A DNA stretch of 64,000 nt from Podarcis pityusensis (Eukaryota), in NCBI GenBank assembly GCA_964106645.2, contig OZ067043.1, one strand, 5' to 3'. Made by a program: the position numbers and the translations under genes. Shown here piece by piece: positions 51,501 to 63,500 of the stretch. A model generated the notes under the pieces. That model had not been told where the DNA came from and ran no database searches. It saw nothing but the letters and a program-made list of their open reading frames with translations. The stretch's first letter is position 1, and each line of letters begins with the position of its first letter.

Positions 51501-54500
51501 AATGTGGCGTTTGGCATTTGGTATTTAGCATAGGTGCCCCTACGCAATAGACAAACTATTAGAAAAATCCAAATATGCACACCACGCTGGTATGCACTGG
51601 TTTCAGTAGGGCACAGGCACCCTTTGGTGTGCTGGTTTAGACCCCTAGCCAGCATTGCCTAACATGGGTTGCCCCCAAATTAACTCACATCTTTGGATGG
51701 CTTCCTGAGGATGTCACCCACACCACCTCCGTTTCTGAGGCCATGATTCAGGACAGTGACTATGCACATGAGCAGTGTGTCGCAGGCACGCTCTGAATTA
51801 TCTTCCTCCGCTTCTGGAATGCAAGCAAAAGTGCACTCAGCAGGAACACAAACAGAAATCCTTGCAGTGGCAGAAATAAGTTAATTGGCTGCCATCCTGA
51901 CTTACTTACACAGAGTGGCCCCTAGTCCCAGTAAGATGCTGTGGATAAGTACCAACAAAGTAACTTTGCATCTTAACTTGGACATTAGATCTTACAGCAT
52001 CTTGTGCTGACTTCCAAGACACAGATCAATTTCATCCTAGTTGCCCTCTCAAGGTGCCAGATAAAATATGCAAAGTTTCTCTTCACTCCCACAAGCATCT
52101 GAATTGGAGAAAGTTGCTTCAGCCACCCCACCTACCTTCTATCACTTTGGGCTTAGCAACACCAGAAGAGCAGCTCATTTTGTCGCTACTGCATGTCTCC
52201 ATAAAAGCATCCATGTCTGCTTGCATCCCCAAAGGAGTACCTGGAAGGACAGGAGGCAGCAGAATTGTCAAAACATCATCTTAAATTTCATAACAATGAC
52301 AAAGTCCAGAAAAGTTGTTCCTTTGACTGAAGCCATGCCAAAAAGTATCTCCCATCATGATGTTCATGTTCTAGGTTGCTATCTATCCAGTGTCACATAG
52401 CCTCACCACCACAAGCATCCTGTCCACATCCTCAAACTGTAACCGATCCCACAAGCTGTACTTGAATGATGCTCCAAGGACCTCCAAGAAGCATGAACTA
52501 ATGGTGACACTGTGTTCAGCACAGAGCCAAGTAATGTTGCCCTCAGACTAATTCACAAATCTCTCACAGGAGACTATTGAGTGGTCTGTTAATGATGCCA
52601 TACTGATCTGGGCCAACCACTTTGAATAGCTCTGCTGCACAATTCACTGAGTACATAATAGAGGCCAAGAGATACACTATCTTTGCTCCCATCCCTGCCA
52701 TGTGGTACAAACAGCTATGTACTTGTACCTCAATTCAGTCAGATTCATGCCAGGACTTGCACTCCCTCCACTAGCTGACGTCTGGCCTGCTTCATCACTC
52801 AGGGCTCCTCAGTAAACCAAGGAGCCTTCCAGATACCCCATGGCTGTAGAGAGCACTTAGGAGTGATTGTGTCAATAGAAGAGGGGAAAATGCATCTCCA
52901 TCAGCCAGCATTGAATGCACACACCAATAGAAGCTCTCTTCAGAACAGAAGGGAGGTAGGGTGTCCAGTCCAAGCATTCAATGACACGTAGACATGTTTA
53001 AGGGGTGTCAGGGACCACGCTGAGGATGGCTGTGCTGAGGAGGAATGGTGGGAGCAACCCCTTTCCCCGAGCCTGAATCTTCCCAGGAGCGGGAGGACAG
53101 TATAGGTTTGGAACAGTGGTTTGCAGAAGGGCCTTGATCAGAAGGCAGAAGCTGGGAAATACTGGGTGCGGAACAGCTAAGAGAAGAAACATGGGAAGAG
53201 AGAGGGTTAACAGATTCACAGTCTTTGGACAGCATTCCTCTGATCTCCCCAAAGTCTCGAAGAGCTCAGAAAGTCTCAGAACAGAAAGTGCAGAGGGTAC
53301 AAACTCAGATTATAAGACGGAGGAGTGATGTAGATTAATAGGGATGGAGGAGTGTGTGATACTTAATTGGGAGCACCACCATTTCTAGGAGATGTGTTCT
53401 TTGTTCTCTCACTGTGATTATTAAAGTTTCTAACTGGTAAGACGTTCCTTTCTTTTATCTTTTTATCTCCTGACACGAGGGGAGAAAGCCGATTCCCTGA
53501 AGCCTGACAGGGGGGCATGTTCAGTCTAGGAGGAGTTGATCAGGTGAAAACATGAATGAAGGAGGAAGAGCAAAGTCTCAAGCATTGAAGGTTTTGAGAT
53601 GATTTACAGAGACCTTCTGCAGGTGCCATGGGAGGTACGCTGATGCCCAAAGATGCCATGTTGGCAACCCCTGAAGTGAAGCATCTGAACCCACTGAAAT
53701 CTACACACTTGAACAGAAGAGTCGTTATATGTTGTATTTTGAATTGGGGGGGGGGGAGACTGCCATGCAAAACACATACAAGCCAGTTCTTACACAGTTG
53801 CAGTACTTTGCTGGTAAAAGCTGCTATTTATACACTCATAAAAGGTGCCCAATCCAGGAGTCTCAAATTGCACTTCCCTTAAGTGCAGCGCTGAACGTCA
53901 AAGCCTCCAAATTGCAAGCCTTAAGGACATAAACACGCTGGAGTGGATTTAGCTTGCCCATTACCAGTTATTCATTCTTGGTTGAAAGGTCGAGTACAAA
54001 ATCAAGGTGAAAACCAATCCTTAAATAAACGCAGGAGGGAACATACAGGTTTCCGGTGTAATTGGATGAACCCCGGTGAAGACAAATGGGTTGCTTCAAA
54101 AGTCAGCAAATCTTAAAATCCTTTTTATTTAAACCCCTATTGTTAAATATCAAACTTGAGAGATAGCGGGGTGGGGGAAGCAAACCTTTTGATTTAATGT
54201 TGGGCAATGGGTCTACTTCAAGGATGAAGTCATCTTTCAGAAAGAGAAAGCCTACAATGGAGAAGAGGTAGACGAGGATGAGAGCCAGAAGGGCTGTCAG
54301 AAGAATGGAGCGTCCGTTGCGTGTCACACTTTTGATGACATTAAATAAGGTCTCCTCCCGGTAGATCAAGTCAAACAGCTGAAACAGAAAAATAATAATA
54401 ACTTGCTTATATATAATCAGTCTGAAGAGAACAGGCATTCTGTGGTAGTCCTTCAGGCACATAGTATTTATTAGCAGGTGAATGATTGCCATTCATTAAT

Positions 54501-57500
54501 CACCAACATCCCCACTTTTCTCACAGATAAATGTGGACGTTCTTTTCCATAAAGGAACAAGAAGCCCTTTGGACTCTTGCTTCAAGAGCCTAGCAACTTC
54601 TCGGAACAGGAATTGGTTTGGTGTTGCTTGACAGTACCAAACTACCCCATCTAGTCAATGATTTGTATTTCTTTCTTGCCCACTTCATAAAATGAATAAT
54701 TGCAATCCTAGCCAGCTAGGGAGAACAAAGCAGGCATAAAAAGAGGTGAAATGTTACGTATACAACAGGTAGATAATACAGAAGAAATTAGCATACCAAG
54801 ATGCTGTAGAATAGTTCGTGCACAAAGAGTCCCAAGACGCTGGTCAAGATATAGGCAACATGATAGAGAAATTCCATATCCATGATCATGGCCTTATAGC
54901 CTCGGATGAATGTTCCGCGGTTTCCAACAAAGCTCACCACAAACACAATCTTATTTGTCAGCTGTGGAACAAGCACAAAGCAGAGGGGGAAAGAGGCAAG
55001 CAGTTACTTTCTGGAGTGAGTTTATGCTGTTTATTATGCTACTTTAGCTTTATTGACAGCAATCTTCTGCTTTCAGTTAACACTGATATAAATCCATTGC
55101 CATTAGATTTGCAAAGACAAACTGGTCTTAGCTCTAGGCATGGTGCCAGTACCTAAAACCCCTTGCTTCTTTGTTGGTTGGTTGGTTTGTCTCCTTAATA
55201 AAATTTATGCACTGCTTGATTGTGTAAAAAAAAAAACACCTCAGCATTTTACAAAAGATACAACAGTAAAATCAAGAAAATTTCACAACCAAACCTAAAA
55301 GCACACAAAAGTTAAAATACTAAACTAGATTAAAATTACTTCGATTTTCTAAGCATCTAGATAGACATATTTAAACAAGAATGTTTTTAACAGGTGTCAA
55401 AGAGTACAGCGAAGGCGCCTACTTGATCTCAATAGGCAAAGGGTTGCACAGTTTATGGTAGTTCAGTGGAACTCCTTCCCAGTTAAATATGTACAAGACT
55501 GCAGCCAGAGTTTGGCCTGAGGTTAGCCAAGTGACTTACATTGAGAGCTCCCAGTATGTTCAGAGTGAGTCCAATGCCCAGGTGGTAGATGGATCGTAGG
55601 ATCAATGCCACAAGGAGCGGTCGGATCCCATAGCGTCGGGTAAAGAGAGCCATGATGGAGAAGCAGATTAAAAGCCAGGAGAGCAGGGGGATCAGTGGAG
55701 AATCCAACAGCCCTGGAAATTCACAAATTAATTCATTAAGTAGCCAAGACATTTGTTTGTAACATAACCTCCAGCAGCTGCTGTGATGGAGCAGAACTGC
55801 TCTCCTGACACTGGCATCGCTGAGACTTACCTGGAAGGTGCAGGGGTGGGGAAGGGTGATGTTTGGATGCACACACACGCCCACCAGCCCTGGCCTTGCC
55901 ACTGTCCTGTCCCACCCCACACCTTCCAAGTGACAGAAGTGGAGCTCTGCATGCCCCGCTACTGATCACATCGCACAGCATTAGGTTAGAAGAAACAAGC
56001 TTCAAGAGCACACAGCATTAAAGCACTTGCATAGCAGCAGCCAGTGAGGCAAAGCAGAAGGCAGTGAATGCCATTACTGTTCATCCACACTTTCGTTTGT
56101 GATTTCTAGGCCTGGGTCTCGTCGGAAAATCTGCAGTTTACTGCTGAACTGGAACAAACGTCAGTCGGATTTTCTGCAAAGAACTGCATCTGACAGGGAG
56201 GAGAACTGGAGATGCCTCCTTGCCCAGGATGGTGCAGATGTGCTACTAATGCATAACCAGCAATGCCTAGTGGGAACCAAAGATGCCATCACCCTGTACC
56301 CACACAGGCACTGCTAGCCATTCCCCAACAGCACAGCTGCTCAGTGGACCACATCCTGCCTCATCTGTTTTCAACCCCAGATCTGAGCACCCAGATCTAA
56401 AGGGATGCATTGCTTTTAGGAGACCACATCAGGGTATGTACAGTCTACCATGAGTGTCATCTACCTCAGAGGTTTTCAAACTTTTTGAGTCCATAGCTCC
56501 CTTGAACAACGGCATTATAGAGTCCAGTGTCGCCCGTGGCACCCCTGACCATCATTCAAGGCACCCCAGGGTGCCATGGCACACTGGTTGAAAACCACTG
56601 ATCTACATGCTTGTTTGTTTCCAAAAACACTCATAATATTCAAACGGAACACAACTTCTTACTGGGAACTGGTTTACCAAAGGTTTGGCAGAAAGGTTCT
56701 TTCCAAAGGGGGTTTATTTTTAATGTTCACAAAAAGATAAGTGATTAGGGTTTTTGAAATGATAGCTTATTTGAGGTAAAGAACTGCTAGCGAGTTGGCT
56801 GCAAAGGCATAGCTGGCAAAATTGACTGAAGAACCACAGGGCCTCAGATAGCATTTTCTTTGCATGAATACCAAGTGGACAGAGTACCCCTGCAAAGGGA
56901 TCCATGAATGCTGGCAATGGTTGTATAAAAATCAAAGTGAGCCTGATGGAACATATACCCATTGAGGATGCCTCGACGTAAGGATAGAATAAAGCAATGA
57001 TGATGTTTATGAAGACAGCCAGGTTGAAGGAAATGCTTCCCCAGAGTGTCATTCTGCGGGAGAACCAGTACATCAGTGGATTGCCTATGAGAAGAAAGAA
57101 AGGCAAAGCTGAGTATATCTTGTATGCTTTTGGAAAGTAGCACAGAGCTCTCCAAAGACCCAGCAATCTCAGTGCAATTATTTATAGAGCCAGGGATCAA
57201 TGCTCTTGTTTCCCCAACCCAGTTGCAAACACTATCAATTGCCAGAAACTGGGACATAATTTTCAAATGATACCTCATATTTGTGCTCACCACATTTCAG
57301 TGGACTGCAGCACATAAAACTGGTCCGGGATCATGTCCTCATTTCATTCTTTCTACCTCTGTTTTCTGTAGAAAAACTCACTAAGATTTTCAGTGCTAAC
57401 ACGTTAAGCAGGGAGGGTGAAACAGCAACCCTCCATATCTTATTGGACTCCAACTCCCATCAGCCCCAGCCAGCATGGCCAATGGCAAGGATGATGGGAG

Positions 57501-60500
57501 TTGTAGTCTGGGCAGCTACAGGTTAGCCACTGTTGATTTAAAGGGACATCCAATCAGCTCTCTCAGAGCTAAGGGAGGGGAATAGGGATGCTGCAGATGT
57601 GCCACCCACCCAGCAGCCTCCCTGACTGGTAGTCTCTGAGAATCCCCACACAGCAGCGTTGAGAGATGTCAATGTCCATGCAGAGGCTGCCTCTACAGAT
57701 TCAGCTCATCGTGGCCTTCATGACTACTACGGGGCTACCTCAGTTCATCACAGGCCCCAACAAGTGGAAGGGCACACTCTTGAACTGGTCTTTGCTATAG
57801 AGCGAGTGGCTGCAGAGAGAGTTTGCAATGAGCTCATTGTCATGGGTAGATCATTCCTTGATGACACTTGGACTGGCAACAGCAATATCCTCCTGCAGGG
57901 GTGTGGAACTACTGAATATTAGGCGCCATCTCTTGTATTTTCGGCAACAGCTGAAGACCTTCCACTTTCAACAAGACACTTGCATTGAAAACTTTCCCAG
58001 TCTGCACCTGTACTGGAATTGTTTTAAATATTTCCTTTATTATTTTACTACTTTTTGACTGCCCCTGGGTTGCTTTGGGAGGAAGGGCAAGATACAAATT
58101 TAAAGAAAAAAATAAAATAAGATGGTCTGCCCCAGAGACTTATAGAATTCAATGGATTATTGAATCATCTAGGGGTTTCCTGATTGACATGGTTGGCACT
58201 CCTGAAAAAGCTGTGGTCTCACTGTGAAACAGAAACGGCTATTGAAATGATCGCTCCAAAGCGCCCTCTCCAGGGCTATGGAGTCTGCATGGGCCCATGA
58301 TTCTCTGGGGAGCTGCAGGGAATGAATTGGGTGCCACCTTCAGGACAGGGTCAGTGGAGCCTGGTGAACATCACTTGACTATCCATACTCCTCAACAGGT
58401 GCTGCAGGGGCTTGAGCTGACATACAATTTGACATTCTAACTTATAATCTGTACAAACAGCCTCCTGCCTTGTTCTAGTCTTACTGCGCAGTTTCTTCTG
58501 CCATTCCATCTCATTGTGGAGGAAGGACGACTGCTCAAAGAAGTCACTGACTTTGCTGCCCTGGTCATCCTGCTCTGTTGTGGTGAACAGGCGGTATTTC
58601 GTCTCTTTGGTCACAAACTCGCAGATGCTGGGCACCGGGAAGATGATCTGCTCCATGCTGCGGTCCAGGCGCACAATCTGGGAGAAAGCAGAGATTTGAG
58701 GAGCCTTTGGTTCATATCCTGGAAGGGACCTAGGTCTTTCTCCCACTTTATCCTGGTAGCTTAAATATGGGTCAAAGCAGTTGAAAACCGTATGTATAAA
58801 ATATACAGCTAAAACCAGTGCATCTATATATGTGACAAGCACCCGCAGCAGCGAAACCCAGGAAATAAGCATCTGGGTTGGGGCACAATGTCTGCTAGAG
58901 TTGCAGCTAACAGCAAACAGCATGGGCCAGTGCTTCAACATTGGCAGGCAAGAGTTAGCATCACCAGATGCAGCATCATAAAGGTTTTTATATGGCTCAG
59001 GATAAGGTAGAGAAAGGACATGACTAGGTGGAATCTTGAGTGAGTCAACCACAGGGCATTTTTCAAAGAGATTTGCTAGTCACAAGGGAGGAGGCTACAT
59101 TAGTGTATTCCGGCACGATTCCTTACACTCAAGCAGAACTAATGGGATGACAGCTGACAGGCAGGAGCCTGAGCTCTTGAAAAATTGGTTACGCAACTTA
59201 AAAGCTGCACAAGCAGCAGCTCTGGTGGCTAATAGAGCCATCCTAAAGTTGAGGATGAGGAGAGAAATTCTGTAGAGGAGAAACCACCATTTCCTAAAGC
59301 CTACTGGCTCAAACCAGCCAGAGCTGGAGGTTTTCTATTGTGTACTGCCTTTATTCAGCTTTCATGAAAAGTAGTTTTCCCACTATTGACACTAATGGAA
59401 GAGAAAACAATAATGCTAATTTCAGAACTGGTGTACATTTTTGCCATTTGTGAGGGCAAATCAGAGGAGGCCTTGGAATCACAGTATCCAAGGCCTCTTA
59501 CGGAGATTTCAGAGCAGGTCATCCACATGCTGTTAGATAATGAAATGCAGAACTGTATATTACACCGTTTAGATCATCTGATAGAGAAATCCAGATACCA
59601 GACATGACCCCAAAAAATTATAATTACACGCAGATTTGAAAACGTGTAGAGATAGCCATGGAAAAAGTCAACGCCACCTCTATCTGGGATGTGTGCTTCT
59701 CATAATACGCTAGTGGATCTTCCTCTTCCTCTTGGACAGGAGTTGTTGATTTCAGCATCTGGGTCAGCTGTTTGTTGTGTAGAATGAGCTGTGAGAAAGA
59801 GAAGGGGGAAATACTATGTCCTCAGCTTGTAAAGGCCCGAGGGGAATCTCCTTCAGCTATGTATTAGCAATACATTTCCTTGTATTTACTAGGTATGACA
59901 AGCTCTGGGGGGTGAGGGGAGCATATATAGTCAGGGTAGACAGGGCCTGCGCTTCCCTTGGGAGACAGCCATTCAATTCAGCACACTAATTAACAGCCAA
60001 AGACCACTAATCTGTAAATTACAAATCAGTGCCCATAAATCCCCACACACAGATTGAATTATAACTGGGTAATGATTGTGGTCTTAGACTGTGCAATGTG
60101 AGCAAACAAGCTCACAGCCAAGCAGTCAATGTGGCTATCTCTGAAAAATAAAAGGAACGTTGGTTGTACCACAGGGAAAACTCACCTGCACTGCTGTATA
60201 AAGAACTACCGGGAGGTGAGGGAAAGTGTGTCCAGAGACCACTATGCCCACAGGAAAGCAACACAAAGCTGTACAATCATCCAGTAGATTTCCTACTTTG
60301 GTGTATGGGGTTCTTTTTTCCTCTTCTGGTGTAACATACTATCGCTCAAAAGCTTTCCCCCCTGTTCTTGATCTGAAGGCCAGGAAGTAACGCCCTTTCA
60401 TTGTTCCATTCTGTGCCTCTGTGACCTATTGTGAACCCAGGGATGAGGGTGGCCCTGTGGTCTAAACCACTGAGCCTCTTGGGCTTGGCAATCAGAAGGT

Positions 60501-63500
60501 CGGCGGTTTGAATCCCCACGATGGGTTGAGCTCCCATTGCTTTGCTGCAACTCCTGCCAACCTAGCAGTTTGAAAGCATAGCAGCACAAGTAAATAAATA
60601 GGTACCACTGCAGCGAGAAGGTAAACGGCATTTCCATGCGCTCTGCTTTCCGTCACGCCGGACGCAGTTTAGTCATGCTGGCCACATGACCCAGAAAGCT
60701 GGACAAGTGCCAGCTCCCTCGGCCTGAAGCAAGATGAGCTCCACACCCTATAGTCTCCTTTGACTGGACTTAACCATCCAGGGGTCCTTCATCTTTTTTC
60801 TTTTTTCTTTTACCTTTTATTGTTATGCCATTGCCTATTCCTTCCTGTGCCCTCTGGCTACCCTGACTCTTAACCATGCACCTTGGGTCATTCTGGGCAG
60901 CTAACAAATCCAACAGGGTCAAACAGCAAAAACAAATAGTAAAATCAAACAGTAAAAACACCATATAAATCATAATATATACAACAAAAATAGCCACTAA
61001 TATAAGGCATATGTCCACAAACCTGTTCTGATGTGTGTGTACCTCCACAACAGTGAGTAAAGTTTCTTAAGTAGAGCCAACTGCCATGCTCTAGCCATCC
61101 AGCCACTCAGTGATGTTTGAAGTTTGCCTGCAACCCACAGCTCTGTTTCATATCTGCTTCTCTTCCTTGACCACCTTTTCCCAAAGCCTCTGTCTCTTCT
61201 ACCTATCTTTAAGTTTCTGTTTTTTGGTCCACTGGCAACTCTGCCTCCTTCCCTTAGCCACATTGCCCTTGGGCCTGTGCACAGTTTTAATCCCTGAAAA
61301 CTATTTGATTTCCCTCACAAACAGACTCTTTGCCCAAATGCTGATGTAGACAGCTTCACTACCTCCGCAGTTAAAAATAAATAAATGCTTGTGAACATTC
61401 CATGGCATAAATGTTTCTCAATCACAGCCCTTGGTTTCACTAGCACAAAACATCTCAAAAGCATTACAACAGTGTTTTAATAAAATCCTTTATAAACTGA
61501 CAAAGTAGCAGTGTCCTTAGTTAACATCCTTATGGATTTGGATCATTGAAGGCTTGTGTAGCTTCACCATCTCCACATTTCACCTCATGGGAAAATGTAA
61601 ACAGATGAAAAATTAAATTATGGGAAACAGCTGCAGAACTGCCCCTTACCAGGACTGATGCAATATGTCAGCAGTACTTCCTAAGCACCTTCCTGTTTCA
61701 ATAGGGAGCATACACATACCATAGAAGAGATCCCTTCCTCCTCCTCCTCCTGAATTCGTTTCACAGGTTTTAAGAGATGCTGGAGCTGCTTGTTGTGCCG
61801 AGACAGCTGAAAACATAACGAAAACAAACACTGAATTGTCAGAGCCTAACAGCTGACTACAAAGTCATTTGTGGATAGGTGAAAGCTTGTTTGCTTTGAA
61901 GCCTAATGTCACTCCGTTACAATCATTAAAAAAAAAGTCTTTGCATCAGTGCATCCTTTCAGAATGCACATCACCAGTTCAACCAAAAGTAGCGCTTGTG
62001 CCCATCATTTGGACAGGAACATTGGGATGCTCCTTGCTGGCAGGGCTTTCCCACCAATGATGGAGCAACCTCCACAGCAAAGGTTAGGAGAGCCAAGCCG
62101 GGCTGGGTGGAGGGATACCTCCATCACATCTAAACTCCCTCCAGCACAGCAGATTGGATTTTTTAATTGCTCTGCCCATCAGTTGTACCATTGCTTCCTC
62201 TTCCCCATTTAAAGGTTTATATGGAGCTGTGGGATGAGAGTATGGTACACACACCAAAAAAAAACAAGGTACCTCCTTGATCTGGGTTTGTGTGGAGAAA
62301 GAAGGAATAAAAACTGAAGGGTAAAGTGGATTTGGACTTGAAGAGAGAACAAAACCCCAGATGTCTATTTCTTTCTGTTGGAAGTGTGTTGTACTGCATG
62401 CGGGTCAAGACTGCAGCTCCATCCACATATCAACTGAGGCTGAAATCTTCCAATGTTGTGCTTGAGAAACTATTTTAATTGGTCTGGGGGGAGAATGTGG
62501 GAAGAGCAACCCTTTCTAATCCATCCTTCATCCTCAAGGGCACCAGTGCCTAGGAAAAGGGAAAGGAATCTTTATCAAGCAGTAAAGCATTCATACAAAG
62601 GATACCTGTAGGGCTAAAATGTAGATGTTGTGTCCAACTTCCCGAGGAGAAACATCAGAGTTCTCACACTCTTCTTCTTGAACATAGGCTTTCTTAATGA
62701 CATCAACCTGTGAAATATTTCAAACATAAGTCCTGGTCACTAAAGCAGGAATCTGCTATAGGCAAGGCTATAGCAATAGCATAGTAAACAGGTAGGCTTG
62801 CCGTATGAGCAGAGAATCTGCTATTCTGTGAAGAATTTGGTGTCCTGAGAATCACAGCTTTCATTTTTAATAAGAAAACACACAGCCTTCCTGTTACTAG
62901 CTCTTGTAGAGAAATGGACTAAAAATCTCAGAATCCAGAAGGGTTGAAAATAATGCCCTGAGTCTTTTTCCCTCCCACATAGCTGCCCCATCCTAGAGTC
63001 CACAAATTCCAACCCACCTCACCAACCCCTTATTCCATTCTAGTCTTTGCCAAATGTTTCCAAGTAGTATGGAAACCAAAGGGCAGCAAGGCAAATGTTC
63101 GTCAACTGACCAGCTAGTGTCTCAATTTTGACCCTACTGTATTATGGTCTCTGGGCAAACCTCAGGCTTGTGAGTTGATGAAGACCCTTCCAGGCCTATT
63201 TACTGGGCGTGAGGGATCTCCCGAGGCCATGTCCACTCTCCTCAGGTCACTTCCCCTGTTCCCACGCCATGTCCCTCACAGACCCTGCTTCGCGCCCTCC
63301 TTGAGGGCTTTTGCCTGCCTGGAATGTGTTCTTGGAACTGGGACAGAGTGTGTGGTTTGTCTTGTTGGAAGAAGAAGATACGTGGGTACAGAAACCTTGG
63401 GCTTTTGCCGAGTCACATCCATTGCTCTGCCTGCTCCTGCCTCAAACTCTACCCACCATTGGCATGAGGCTTCCAAAATGTTGCCAGCAAGGAAATGCAG

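Noticed and set aside
58351-59052. 233-aa ORF as a single coding unit
   Set aside because: Only 58485-58677 is ITPR3 exon; the flanks are intronic read-through.
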